Assembly (NCBI GenBank): GCA_035221665.1
Contig: CM069147.1
Span: forward strand, 25,482,001 to 25,546,000
Direction: 5' to 3'
Source: Okamejei kenojei
Taxonomy: Eukaryota
Length of the DNA: 64,000 bases
The position numbers and the translations under genes were made by a program. The stretch's first letter is position 1. Each line of letters starts with the position of its first letter. Positions 13,101-26,763 of this stretch are shown here, piece by piece. The notes under the pieces are model-generated. The model was not told the DNA's origin. It was given only the letters and a program-made list of their open reading frames with translations, and searched no databases.

Positions 13101-14184
13101 ATAGATTCAGTAATTATTCCAGGATACTTCTAAATAGCAAATGTTTAACTTCCGTTTGGTTTCCATGTTAGTTCATGTGGGGATTTGCGGCCTAACATCC
13201 TGGAGCGGTGCGCCTTTCCTGGACACCGGCCGGAGCTTCAGCCGCGAGCGCGGCGCGGAACCGGAGATCCTTTACCGAGTATCGCCAGTAGAAGAGCTCC
13301 GACCGCGGGGCCTGTGGACTTGAACACCGTACAGCCCGCGGTCTTCGGTAAGAAGAGGCCGACTTAGGAATTCCATGCCGCGGAGTGTTCCAATCCGTGC
13401 GGACTGTGGTGCATGTTCATTTTAAATTTACTTTATGTGTGTACTGTGCTCTTTTCACTTAGTATGGCTGTGTGGTAACTCAAATTCCACTGGACCTTAG
13501 TTGATTAAGTGACAATAAACGCGAACTTGAACTTGGGCAGCGAGAGAAAGAGAGGGATATGATCGCCGCAGAACGGGAAGGTTATATCAAGTGTCATCGC
13601 AAACATGTGCTGCCTTGTAATTCTTGTGGTGCACATCGTGGTGTGTCTGCAAGTGGCTGCTGCTTCTTTGGGGTTTCCGCAGACTTTCAATCTTCCGAAA
13701 GCTTTTCAAAATCGGAGCTCGGTGAAAAGAGCACATACAATGGGGATCAGCAGAGACGTGTGAATTGTGACTTGGTTAATGATTCGAAAGCAAAACATCG
13801 GAAAAACAGACACTTCTCAATGTGGCAGATCGTGACCAATGAAAATGAAATGATCCTTTATTGAAGTATGAATAGGTGGATTCGGCAAGGTGACCCGTTT
13901 TAGCGTTGCCTTAAAAATACGTGGTGAGTAAGATGTCACGACAGATGAAATACAACGAGGAAATGCCGTGGCAGATGGAGTACCATGAGGGGGAATTCAA
14001 ATTATGCACACCCGTAGACAGAGAGTGCACCGGTGCCGATTATATGTTTTAGGGTAAGATATGCGGAAATGTTGATATTCAAAGGTACGTGCAAGTCACC
14101 GAAATCTATTCATTATTAATTCCCACCAAAAGTGACGTTCCACAAACAAGTGGTAAGTTAATGTTAGATACACACAAAAAGCTG

Positions 14185-14363
14185 GTAGACAAAAATGCTG
14201 GAGAAACTCAGCGGGTGACGCAGCATCTATGGAACGAAGGAATAAGGGTGTCGACCCGAAACGATTCCTATTCCTTCGCTCCATCGATGCTGCCTCACCC
14301 GCTGCGTTTCTCCAGCATTTTTGTCTACCTTCGATTTTTCCAGCATCAGCAGTTGTTTCTTAA
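14185..14363. mobile_element. Palindromic Penelope-terminus-derived element inserted in another Penelope fragment (host continues ~14364-14730, minus strand)
   Basis: Inverted arms gtagacaaaaatgctggagaaac... / ...gtttctccagcatttttgtctac (14185-14328), flanked by the direct repeat acacaaaaagctg. Confidence 0.7.
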
Positions 14364-15849
14364 ACACAAAAAGCTGGAGTAACTCGGCGGGACGGGCAGC
14401 ATCTCTGGAGAGAAGGAATAGGTGACGTTTCGGGTCGAGACCCTTCTGCAGACTGGTTAGGGATAAGGGAAACGAGAGATATAGACGGGGATGTGGAGAG
14501 ATAAAGAACAATGAATGAAAGCTCTGCAAAACAAGTAAAGATGATAAAGGAAACAGGCCATTGTAAGCTGTTTGTAGGGTGAACATGTGAAGCTGGTGCG
14601 ACTTGGGTGGGGGAGGAATAGAAAGAGAGGGAATGCCTGGGCTACCCGGAGTGAGATAAATCAATATTCATACCACTGAGCTGCAAGCTGCCCAAGCGAA
14701 ATATCAGATGCTGTTCCTCCAATTTGTTATTGCTATAGAATTTCACTACCAGAATGCACTTGTCATCTTACAACAACCTACGGCCTAGTTGAGTCCACAT
14801 CCGGCCTAATTTGTTACAGTTTAGTCTATTTACTCCAAAAGTGAACACTTCATTTAATAGGGCTACGAGGAAGATTCGCCAGACCATCGTGAGATTGCGG
14901 GGATATCATGACAGGAAAAACGTGGAAACAATATAGCTTTCTGTTGGATTTTGGAAGGTTCGCAGTCGTGCAGCACGAGAACAGGCCTGTCATAGTGGTA
15001 TAGAGTCATGGAGCACGGGAAATAGGCCCTTCGGCCCAATTCGTCCACGTTGATCAAGATGCTAATCTAAGCTCGCCACATTTACCCACGTTTTGCCCAA
15101 ATTCCTCTGCACTATCCTATCCAAGTAGCTATCTACTTGTCATTTAAATGCTGTTATTATACCTGCCCCAACTATCTCCTCTGGTAGCTCGCTTCATACA
15201 CCCACCTCCATCTGAGTGAAAAAGTTGCCCCTCAGGTTCATATTAAAGATTTCCCTCTCACTATAAACCTTTGGCCTCTGCTTCTTGATTCACCCAGCCT
15301 GGGTAAATGACGGAGCATTCAATCTATCTATTCCTCTCATGATGTTATACACACCCAGAATATCACCCTCGGCCTCCTGTGGTCCTAGTCCGCCCATCCT
15401 TACCCCGTTGCTCAGGCCCTCCAGTCTTGATAACATCCGGAAAACTTCTCTATTCACTATTTCCAGCATAATGACATCCTTCCTGAAGCCGGATGGCCAA
15501 AAGTGAAAACAATATTCAAAATGTGACCTCACCATCGTGTCCTCCGACTTTACCATAACACAAATTATGGACTGAATACGTTAACAACTGTATGACAATA
15601 TGCCAAAAGCTCTCCTTACTAACGCATCTGCATGTGACGTCATGTACCAGTAAAGATGTATCTGTATGCCTCGTTCCCTCTGCTCCATAACTTCCCCTAG
15701 GCTTCACTGTAAATGTCCTGCCCTGGGGTAACCTCCCAAAACGCAACAACTCGCAGTTGTTTACATTAAGCTTCATTGGCTATCCCTCAATCCATGTTCC
15801 CAACTGATCAAGCTCCTGATGTAATGTTTGATGACCGTCATCACTGATT

Positions 15850-16145
15850 AGTCTTTTTAGTTTAGGGGTACAGCGAGGAAACAGGCCCTTTCGCCCACCA
15901 ATTCTGCATCAACCAGCAATCCCCATACATTAACACTGTCGCACACAATTTACATTTAGCCCAAACCAATTAATCTACAAAGCTGTACTGCTTTGGAGTG
16001 TGGGAGAAAACTAAAGATCTCGGAGAACATTCACGTGGTCACAGGGAGAACGTACACATTCCATAAGACAGCACCCGTAGTCAGGATCGAACCCGAGTCA
16101 TTGGCGCTGTAAGGCAGCAACTCTACCACTGCGCTGCCGTGCCGA
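15850..16145 (-). mobile_element. tRNA-derived V-SINE (HE1-like)
   Basis: Reverse complement of the 22675-22965 SINE, with an A/B-box-like head (ggcagcgcagtggtagag...gggttcgatcct). Other copies at ~4640-4770, ~12550-12810, ~43070-43270 and ~52480-52660. Confidence 0.8.
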
Positions 16146-16619
16146 CCCCGTCAACGATACCAGCTCCATTAATGGCATCTGCAGACATTGTTATCATGCC
16201 TTGTTTCTTCTCATCCAAATTGTTGATAAAACACAAACAGCAATGCACCCAGCCCCGACCCAGCAAGCCACACAGCCTTCAATCTGCATTTAAAAAAAAC
16301 TTCTTCCTTCCATAAATCAGATTTTTTGCCCATTCAGCTAGCTCTCCCGCCATCTAGCTTTCCATGGTAACTTGGCACGCAGAACCTCCCATAGAAACAT
16401 TTTCTCTGACCTTGCCATCTTCAAACTTCTAAGTTACTTCTTCAAAACTCTTGGTCATATGTGAGACTATATCGCCTTCGTAAACACACCAGGTTCAATG
16501 TCACCAATCAGCCATTGTTCATAAAGCTGCATATATATCTTCTCAGAATACTCTCCAGTAACTTATCTGCCATAGATGTCAGGCACAGATCTATCGTTCT
16601 TAGGCTTTTCCTTGCACGA

Positions 16620-17630
16620 AAAACATGAAGATCTGGGAACTTGAGGGCAATCAATGGAAGTGTCTTGAGGGCAATCTGTATTACGATAGAGGTGCTCAAC
16701 GTCCTAAAGTGTAAAAGGTGGAGAAATCCTCCGGGCCTGATCAGATTTATCCGAGGGCACCGCGGGAAACTAGAGAAAGCATTGCAGGTGATCAGGCTGA
16801 GATATGAGTCATTATTAAATATGGGTGAGGTTTCGGAAGAATGCAGGGTGGCAATTGTGTCCGTAGGAACTAGAGCTGCTGGTTCAAAGCGAAGATGGAC
16901 ACAAAATGCTGAAGTAACTCAGCGGAACGGACAGCATCTCTGGAGAGAAGGAATGAGCGACGTTTTGGGTCGATACTCTTCTTCAGAGGGTTTGGAGTGG
17001 AGGGTTCTGAATTGTGATGTGCCTCCAGGATCGGTGCAGGGCCTATTGCTGTTTGTGGATTACTGTATATCAACGATTTGGATGAGAACATAGAAAGCCG
17101 GATTAGTTATTAGATTGCAGGTGACTGTTAATTTGGTAATATGTAGATAGCGAAAATGGTTATCAAAAGTTACAGCAGGATCTTGTTCAGTTGGGCAAGT
17201 GGGCTGATGAATAGATAATGAGTTTAATGCAGGTAAGTGTGAGGTTTTGTATTTTTGGAAGTGAAATGTGGGCAGGACCTTAATAGTAAATGGCAAAACG
17301 TTTGTAGAGCAGAGGGGTCAATGTGTGCTGGTACAGTACATAGTTCCTTGAGAGTGGTGTCACATGTAGACACGGTGGTTAAGAAGGCTTCAGGCCTTTA
17401 TCAGTCAGGGTAATGAGTATAGAATCCGGGATGTTATGTTATAAATATATAAGTATCGGGGGAGCCGTTTTCCACATGATAGTGGGGATATGAAATGAAC
17501 TGCCAGATGAGGTTATTGAGGCTGAAATTACAACAACATTTAAAGGACATTTGAACAGGACATGGATGGTTTTGGAGACCAAACGCGGGCAGATGGGACG
17601 TATGCAAATGGGACACCGTTATCGGCATGA
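16620..17630 (+). mobile_element. Degenerate CR1 RT fragments with an internal Penelope-terminus insertion
   Basis: Remnants of SPGPD, GVPQGSV and MEFNAGKCEV in shifting frames. Confidence 0.7.
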
Positions 17631-20558
17631 TGCATTCCAGCCCCTCTGCCGACATATCTCTGTGTAAAGAGCTTGCCGCATACATCAATATTAAACTTCC
17701 CCCACTCAGTTTATATCCATGCACTCTAATGTTTGACATTTCCCACCCTAGGATAAAACTTGTGACAGACTACCCAATCTATGCCGATCATATTTTTAAA
17801 ATAAATATATCTATCGTTCCCTCAGCCTCTGACGTTCCAGAGAAAATAATCCAGATTTATCCAACCTCTCCTTGTAGCTGAAACGCTCTAATCCAGGCAA
17901 CGTTCTGGTTACGTCCTCTGCATCCTCTCCAATGTATTCACGTCATGGGGCAAACGGAACTGTGCGCAATACGAAATGCAGCATATCAATCCAAAGTAAC
18001 CAAACGCCAGGTGTTCCACACGTTGAAATCTTCTCAATTAGCATCCAATTATAGAATTTCTCGAATTTTATTTTTAAAACCCATGCAGACAAATGTCACG
18101 GCCCTATCCACATAAGTCACCTTCATCATTACATTAAATTCAATCAGACGTGAGCTCCATTAGATTCCCGATGACTGACATGAACCTCAACAGCTTGTGA
18201 TTTCCTTGATTACTTCTTTCCTTCAGAAAGAAAAGGGCAACATTCGCTACTCTTCAGTCATCCGGGAACTCGATTGTGGCTTACGTGGATACCAAAGTCC
18301 TCATCAAAGGCGCTGCAATCTCATCTGCTCCCTTGCCTCCCTCTATAAAAGGGGGCAGATTCCACCGGACCCTCGGAATTTATGCACCTTAAGGCTTTTG
18401 AAGAGAACCAACAACACCTCTTTCTTGTTCTCAAAGTGCACCTAATTCACAATATCTCAGGTCAGCCAATCATTCCTCGCCTATACAACATCATCCGTCC
18501 TCCTTACTGTCGTACATTGGTCCTGATTTCTGATCAGCTGGCGTTTAATAGACTCCACCATGTCCAATGTAAACTTACCCAACAACATCTGCTCACCATT
18601 TCATCTCCCCTAATATCTAGATGTATCCATAATACGTAGCCTCTTGAAACTTTTGGATTTATGATCAGGGATCCCAAATTACTCTTCTACTGAAACATCA
18701 AGCTCATTTTCCAAATCAATGTGTAACATGGTCCGGTTTCGAGTTAGAATATCAAGAAATTACATTGGATACACATAACCAAGCATGCTCTCTTTAGTTC
18801 TTCTGCACGAAGGAAGTCACAGTCAATAATGGGGATTTGTCACCGATACCAGAAATGTGATGTTTTGACATCTTTCTCTAATCTCCCCACATGTCTGTTT
18901 CTCTGTCATTCATCGGCGACAGGGAGGCTGATGGTATAATCCCATTCGAGTTGTTGCATATTTGTCAGTCATCTTTATATTGTGTTCCACCCCTATTGCA
19001 TCAGTAGATGAGTATGTGAGTGCCGCTGACATTTTCCTGATTTGTAATGCATTCCTGTATCTCTTGTACCCCATCCCTATAATGTATGATGCATCAAAAC
19101 TCATAAATGTTGAGTTAGCCGTCTACGATCACCTGCTTTATCTATAATACTCCTTGAAATAAACACATCTCAACCGATCTGTTTCAACGCTTTGAACCAC
19201 ACTCAAAACACATTTCGGTTCATCCATCTTAACATTTTTTAATTAACCTTTTCCTGCCTCACCTCCATTTCAATCTAATGGTCATAGCTCCGATCATGCC
19301 ACTAGCGTTCCATGGGCTTACTTCTGCTCCCACCACACCGCCACCCCCCCCCCCCCCCACCACCCCACCGAGCTCATTCCTCGTGCAAAAATCCTCCCAA
19401 GTAACTGCTAGGACACCGCCTCTGCCTCCCAGTTCAATTGCTAAACCCGTCCGTTTTATATAGTCCCATTTGTCCTGTAAGACAACCCAATGATCATATA
19501 TGTAATGCCGCACCCACCTACACCAGAGCCTTCAGCCAAGTATCACTTGGAATTATTCTGTTATTCCTATCGCACTACCCGTTTTGTCATCCCTAGATCG
19601 CAATCCAGGAGTCTTGTTTTTTTCAGTGAATAACGAACACCGTGGCTAATTTATGATTTGCAGGCCCGCGTGTCCCTTTCTACACCTGGCATTGATACTA
19701 AATTACCACAAGATATGGCTTCTCCCCCTCCCGTCCACAATTTTCCATGGTTTGCCCACGTACATCCGTAACACCAGACAATATAGAGGGAGAAAGCATG
19801 CTTGTGTACTCTTAGCTGCAATGAAACCATTGACTGGAAGCGACCGTCACTATTTCCATTTGCAATAATTTAACAGAGACGTCCATTCAACACTTAGGTG
19901 TTTTCGTCCTTTTTAATTCTTCACGGAATCACAAATTTGATCATAAATACGCCCGATGAGTTAACATTGAGCATGTCTCTGCCTGAAGGACATGTAGCCA
20001 TCGCTTATCACTAATTGTCTAACGTTCACAGATTTCACGTCCATCACGCAGTCACTCAACAGATGTAATGACTATGCATTGGTTATTACGTTTAGATCGG
20101 CACGGTGATGATAGTAAGACGGTAAATGCGATGCAGTTCTTACAGAAGTGTAACATCAACACTAGAAGCCGGTATGAATCTGACCTGCCCTATGGGTTTT
20201 TTTCCCGTTCTCACATTTTGACCACAGTCCATGAGGTCATAAGCGATTGTCGAAATAGGCCATAAGGCCCATAAAGTACACTCCGCCATTCAATCGTGGC
20301 TGGAATCTAACCTTTCCTCATAACCCCATATCACCTGCCTTCTACCCATAACCTCTGCCACCTGTAATTACACAAGAACTAATCAATACACCAATACTAA
20401 CCACGTTCTTCGTCTTCTTCTTCTTGCGTTGTGGCGTGCACAGCTTAAAGTTGTAGGACACCTTGTTCTGTTAAACTATATTTGATTGTGCACACCGGGT
20501 TGATTGCCATTCGGTCGAAACAGGGCGGACCACTGAAGGAAGCAATCTCCCACCCCAC

Positions 20559-21790
20559 GGGCTCCGTTAATACCCAGAATCGAAAAATTTGAGAGTCGAT
20601 AGATAATTGATAAGATTTCGCGATGTTTTGGTGGGTAGATGGGAACGGGAGAGTGAATTTATAAGGATTTAGAGAGAATAAACTGGTATTCAGTACAACT
20701 TGCTTGACGCACGTAGTCGAAGGACCCACAAACTGCGACGCCGGTATATAAAATGTGACAGTGCATGGCAACGGACGGAATTAAAAAGTTCTGCGTACAG
20801 ATACAACAGTCCCGTTTCAACCAAAGTAAGGGGACTTGTTACAATCATAATCACAAACGGCCATAAATGCATAATTATTTTATGCAAGTAGTTAATATAA
20901 GCAATGTAAAATAAGTAAATTATTCTAATTAATACCTTTGCGTCCTTTTAAAATCGGCTAAACATCATTCCAATGGCAATATCGACGTTGAGAACAGTAA
21001 AACTCACTTTAACATTACAATTAGAAGAATAAGCCGTGGCAACCAATATGAGCTCGTAATCGAATTAGTTTGTGAAGCTTTCAACAAAATACCCCAAGCA
21101 TTACCACACTACTGTATGTCAACCTGGAACATTAATTTGAAAATAAATAACAACATGCAGTTTATTGCTTTACATTTACATACTCTACTAACGCTTGCCG
21201 TTAATCTGTGACCTGTGACCCTTTAACTCTTAAATTTATAAGCTCCCCCTTCCTAAATGATGAAACATTACCTTCGTAGGTCCCGCTCTGATCTGTAAGG
21301 TCTGGTAAATTAGATAAAATACAGCCGGTATGAAACCGTTTAATTAAATCGGTGCAGACTGAGTATAAAAATAATGACATTTGAATGAGTGAATGATTAC
21401 GCTGCCTACTTCTTTACTTTTCCTCGAGCTGTCATAAATACTCTAACCTGATTTCCGGCTTGAGCCCACTACTTTAGTTTCCATTCTTCCGTCCCTGCAA
21501 GTAAGCGCGAAAATGATCTGTGATTGCACATAAAGGAGATCAATCTATCAGATGCAGAGCAAGAATGATTGACGCATTCTTTCCGAACAGAAATTAATTG
21601 CCCGAATCCTTCAACATCCTCTCCACATTAGGCGTGTTACCTCTGCGATATTGTATGCCGGTACAATTTTTTTGTACAAAACATAGTTTTTACAATTTGT
21701 GTTACAAGGGTGGCTCACCCCAATTACAAGTATGTTTTCAGGTGAAAAGCATGGGCCTCGATTGGCAATGTTATCCAATGGTCTTAATTG
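20559..21790 (+). pseudogene. Possible decayed or mis-sequenced third V+C1 paralog (second reading at ~31557-32830)
   Basis: One frame from 20623 reads MFWWVDG...DAGI*NVTVHGNG, followed after a shift by TELK. About 700 bp later are VP, C...AFFP and YV-QV-H remnants at C1-like spacing. Needs several indels. Confidence 0.35.
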
Positions 21791-22400
21791 AGCCACACGA
21801 GATTTCAAGACAACCCCGTAATTTAGTTATCATTCTGCCTAAAAACTCAATTTTAAACCCATATAATTAAATGCAGTTAAATACACACCGTTTCCATAGC
21901 GAAAATTTGGAACCTAGCCATACTAATGAAGAGCTGAATAAGAATGCGCCTCACTTACCTACCCCGATAGTTTTGTTTCTTCTCCGATACCTTCAACACC
22001 GAGTCCGTGATTAAGTTCATTATCGACAAGATACACAGACATCTTCATTGCTAAATAAGATAATTTCGGTTCTGGGCATCCAGCGTAAACAGAGTGAGGC
22101 CACAGAAAAAATTGGAGTAGTACAACTCAAAAAACGGTATTTGCGCCCTAGTATTTTTATGTATTCTCTGGTCTGAGTTGCAAATGGTTACACATTTGAG
22201 CCATAAACGAACAAAAAGAAAACCTTCACCGAGTTAATGGTGCAGCAATAATGCTATCGATTCACAGCTCCAGGTATCCGAGCTCAGGCCACGCTTCGGG
22301 AACATTCTGCATGGACATTGCACATTCTCTGAGATTTTACCAGGAGGAGGATAATAAATCGTTTACTTCGCTTCTGAAATAATTATACATTGATTAATCT

Positions 22401-22520
22401 CAGGGCTGTGGAATCAGAGTGGATTCGTCGATTCGGAGTCGGGGCAATTTTGTTGCTGCTGGAGTCGGAGTCGGAAAAAAAGTCCCGACTCCGACCTCCA
22501 CGTAAATGTCAGAGACTACG
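22401..22520. mobile_element. MITE-like end with GGAGTC/GACTCC subterminal repeats (second reading ~33462-33562)
   Basis: CAGGGCTGTGG start followed by ggagtcggagtcgg and inverted ccgactccga. Confidence 0.5.
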
Positions 22521-22674
22521 TAAATCTGAAAAATCCCACTTTTTAAACATGCCTCCATAATAATGACATTTTTCATGGATTGGAACCATATTTGATGACA
22601 ACAGACCCAGCATGTATACGGGATTTCCAAAGTCTAATCGGTATATCTATAGCGCAGCAGTGCTGTGAGAATCA

Positions 22675-22965
22675 AGTGCGGCAAGGTGGCGTAGCGGTAC
22701 AGTTGTTGCCTTACAACGCCAGAATCCCGGGTTCGATCCTGACTANCGCGTGCTGTCAATAGAGATTTAGTACGTAGGGTCCCCGTGACCACGTGAGTTC
22801 CCTCCGAGATCTTCGGTTTCCTTCCACACTGCAAAGACGTACTGGTTTATAGGGTTAATTGGTTTGGTTACAATGTAAACTTGTCCCTAATGTGTGTAAG
22901 GTAGTGTTAAGGTGTGGTGGTCGCTGGTCGGTGCGGGCTCGTGGGCCGAAGGGCCCGTTTCTGTG
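22675..22965 (+). mobile_element. tRNA-derived V-SINE (HE1-like); duplicate reading at ~33765-34045
   Basis: ggtggcgtagcggta (A box), gggttcgatcct (B box), central domain ccccgtgacc...ttcggtttcc, and a CR1-like 3' end gggccgaagggcc. Confidence 0.8.
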
Positions 22966-25900
22966 GGGGGGGGTATTTAAAATTCCGAATTATTAATCAG
23001 AATTTACTTTCCGGGTCGGACTTCTAATCTTCGCACAAGTTTGCGGTCTCCATGTCTAACCACGATTAAAACACTGTTCCCACCATTCTGACACAGATTA
23101 CATCAACGAGGCTAGGCCGATACGACCGATGTTATTTGTTTGGATCTTTATGAATGATAATAAAAAAAATATCAACGAGACTAATATATTTCGAATGTAA
23201 ACCACACGGCTTTAGCAAGAATAGTCAATTTGAACATTTTATTTACGTAAATTAACCTTATAAAACCTGCCCAACAATAGGTAGATCAAAATGCTGAGTA
23301 ACTCAGCGGGATAGGCACATCTCTGGAGCGAATGATGGTGACGTTATTCGCGTCGAGATCCTTCTTCCGACCTTCTTCGACCCGAAACGTCACCTATTCC
23401 TTCGTTTCCAGAGATGCAGCGTGTCCCTCTGACTACTCAAGCATTTAGTGTCTCCTTTGATTTAAAACAACCGCATCTTGCCAGTTCTTTCCTCCACATA
23501 TGTTCAGCTATATATACGGCCTGTGCATAATACCTGTAATTCAGACATTTTAATTAGAACTATGGAAATGACGAGGACGAAACCGGTCTCACGAATCGAC
23601 TCAAATCTTCAAGATCGACCTCATTCGAATTAGAGAACATATTCTCGTCGTTTCAACAGAAATGCCATGGAGTCGCAGACTTCACAATTTGCTAGCCCGA
23701 CAGCGTTGACAATGGAGCACGATTTATTCAGTGGCACTATGGCATTGTCTTCGTATGTGGACTGCCAACAGAATATGTCCGACTTCCACACGTTTAGGGT
23801 GGCACAGACTATGCCCCCCCCTGTAACTAGTGCCATGACGCGGGCTCGATCTTGAAGAGGCGATGTCTGCAAGTTTTCTGACTGTAATCGTTGGTTTACC
23901 CCGGCTGCACCGTTTTCGTCCCAGATGGGGGGGTTTAAACATCCCAAAAGGCTTGCAGGTTAGTAGGTTAATTGACCTCTGTAAATTGTCCCTGGTGTGT
24001 AGAAGAGAAGCAATGTACAGGTCGTTGGTCGGCGCGCTCGGTGGCCTGAGGGGTCTGTTTCCACGCTGTATCTAAGATATTCTAAACTAAGAATCGGAGC
24101 GGTAAAATAAAATTACGAGAACGGGACGGAGCCTGTGCGTAATGCAATAAATCACATTGAAGCGGAGAGCAACATACTCTTCACATGGATAACAAGGAAG
24201 GGAGTAAGTAAATTAAACATTTTGTCCTGTGTGTATTATATTATTCATGTGAAAAATGTGACAAGTATTATAAATAATTGCTTAGTACACGGTAGAGGAA
24301 ACTGGAAACATCGACAATAAATAGCAAGGAGAAGCTATACGATATAAAACTAATCGGAGGTTTAACTACGAACCAAAGAGGCGGGTCTATTTTGTACTGA
24401 AATAAAAATTCCATGATTTTGATAGATCTGGGAAAACTGTAAAAATGTAAGACTGTAAAGACCAAGAGTTCACAAATAGAGGAAACAATTGTCATGTATT
24501 CTGTCAACGTCACTAGGTAAAAGTGTTCAAATCCACCACCGATTAAAGAGTTGCGGGACTTTGAAGAAAAACAACAAGTCACTCAAGAACTTCCGTGAGT
24601 TTTATATGTAAAACACACATATTTTGATACATTTTTCTAAGCATCATTTCACACTGTGAATAAAAGAGAACTCTGAGAACCTGATATGGATATCCTAAAG
24701 CACTTCAAAGTAATCCCTCCCAAAAGATATGTGATCAGATTGAACACGCGTACGTGTTTTTCGTTTAATTTATAAGGAAATGGTGCTCTGGTGGTTAATT
24801 ATCTAAAAAAGGCAATGGGAAGAATAGATGATTGCCAGGTTGACTAACAACGAATGGCGGAATGCCACAGCAAGGTACTCAGGCATAACTATATAATCCA
24901 TAGTTTTTAAGTCTATGATGGACAATAACAAACAGAGGTGATCATATTGAAATATAAAAATCCTCCGGTATATGTGGGCTGTCGGGTTTCTTGCGGGAAA
25001 CGTACTTTTCAGTTAGGGTTTCTAGAACAAATTTAAAGGAAACCAAAGGCGGAACACACAACTAAACAGAAAAGAGAAGTATAGGGTGGCGTTATGAATT
25101 ATACAAAGTAAAATCTGAGGGGGAAACGCGAGCTATTGAGGATCATTTAAGGGGGAAAAAGAAAGAAAACCTGCGTTTGAAACAATATTGGTTCAATTCA
25201 TGGCCTTATCAAAATTCAGGAGGGGAAGGGGCAATTTATCTTATTTGGCATCTAATAATATAAAGATCCTCCCACGAGGATGATAAAAACGGAAATGATC
25301 GAAAGGTGCGACAATAATGTCCCACAAATAAAAGAGCCTTCTATTCCCTGACTCATTTTACCGCCGATATTACAGTAGCCATATGTTACAAAAATAAATG
25401 AGATTTTTAAAATAAACCGCAATTTTATCCGCATCGATAAAACAAAAACACTGTTCAATTTGACACCTAATTCACTTTCATATCTTCAGCATTAAAAAGG
25501 TTATGGCCATTTTCATACTCGTAAATTTGCAATAGTACGCCAATTGTTTTACATTGACTTAACACAAAAGCTGTGATCGAGGACAGTCAAAAGCCCATAA
25601 CTTTCTTAAAGATTAAGAGAACTGAAATGGCATATTCAGTTTAAATATATAATGTGCAATCCTGACACGAAAATAAAACTCTTACATGTAATGACCCGAA
25701 ATGAAAGCATAAAATTAGATTAGTTTTACCTAATTATAGTTTAATAGCCAAAATCGAACCGTAGTGACAGAAAATAGTAATAAACACCCAGACTGCCTTG
25801 TAAAAATTAAACCAAAAAAAAATCTCGAAATCAGAACTTTAAAAAATAATAGTATAAAGGCTTGTAAGACGCTTAACAGATAGGTAACATAAATTACAAT

Positions 25901-26763
25901 TTCAATCCAAAGAGCAAGTCTATAGGAGGAGAACAGTATCTAGCCGGTATATTAGGCATATTATTCAAGTAGCATCATCATATTCCTCAATGTAAGCACA
26001 AAGCACCTCAGTAACATTTGTTATTTCCTCAACGTTTCAATTTTGGCATTGTAACACTATAATATTATATGCTCTTCAAACCACAACATGAAATGCCTTT
26101 CTGCCCATTGCTTCCCAATAAGTAAAGTCCAGTATAATCACAATTCCTTAAAATGATTTTATTTTGATATCCTAAGTAACCAAAAAACAAACAATTCCAT
26201 TTCACACAAAATTCACAATATAACATATTTTTAAACTCAATATCAAAAATTCAAATTGTCCAGATGGAAGGAATTTGATGTTACAATTCCCTAAAAGAAT
26301 CTAGAAACAGCCACTCAAAAAAAAGATTTATTTACACAATACATTTGACAAAAACTGAAATTTAGTATCAAAATATTGACTATTGGTAGCAATAACGGCA
26401 ACAAAGACGATTTAGATGCTCATTGAATGATTGTCCAAAAAAAAGAGCATTTAAACATCTTTGGAGAGGTATTTTTTCTTGAACGCGATCGTGATTGTAA
26501 CGTTGCATTTGCGGTGAAAATATTAACTCCCATATCGGCGGGAAAATACACTGCGGTTCGGCCCATATCACATTATCGCAACGTAAATATTAGATTAACG
26601 CCATCCCAAGAAGCAAGATAAGATGTAAAATATTCTAAATACCCTTTATATTGTCCTGTACTTGCGACCTCACGATGTAGGCGTTGAGGGGCAATATAAG
26701 ACGCTTTGTATAAAAACACGATATTAAATTGGTCTCGCGCATCAAAAAAAATCTGAACCGGAA

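Noticed and set aside
13605-13763. 52-aa ORF with a signal-peptide-like start (MCCLVILVVHIVV...)
   Set aside because: Lies in what appears to be a degenerate CR1 RT fragment; no other support.
22683-22745. tRNA gene
   Set aside because: It is the tRNA-derived head of a multi-copy SINE.
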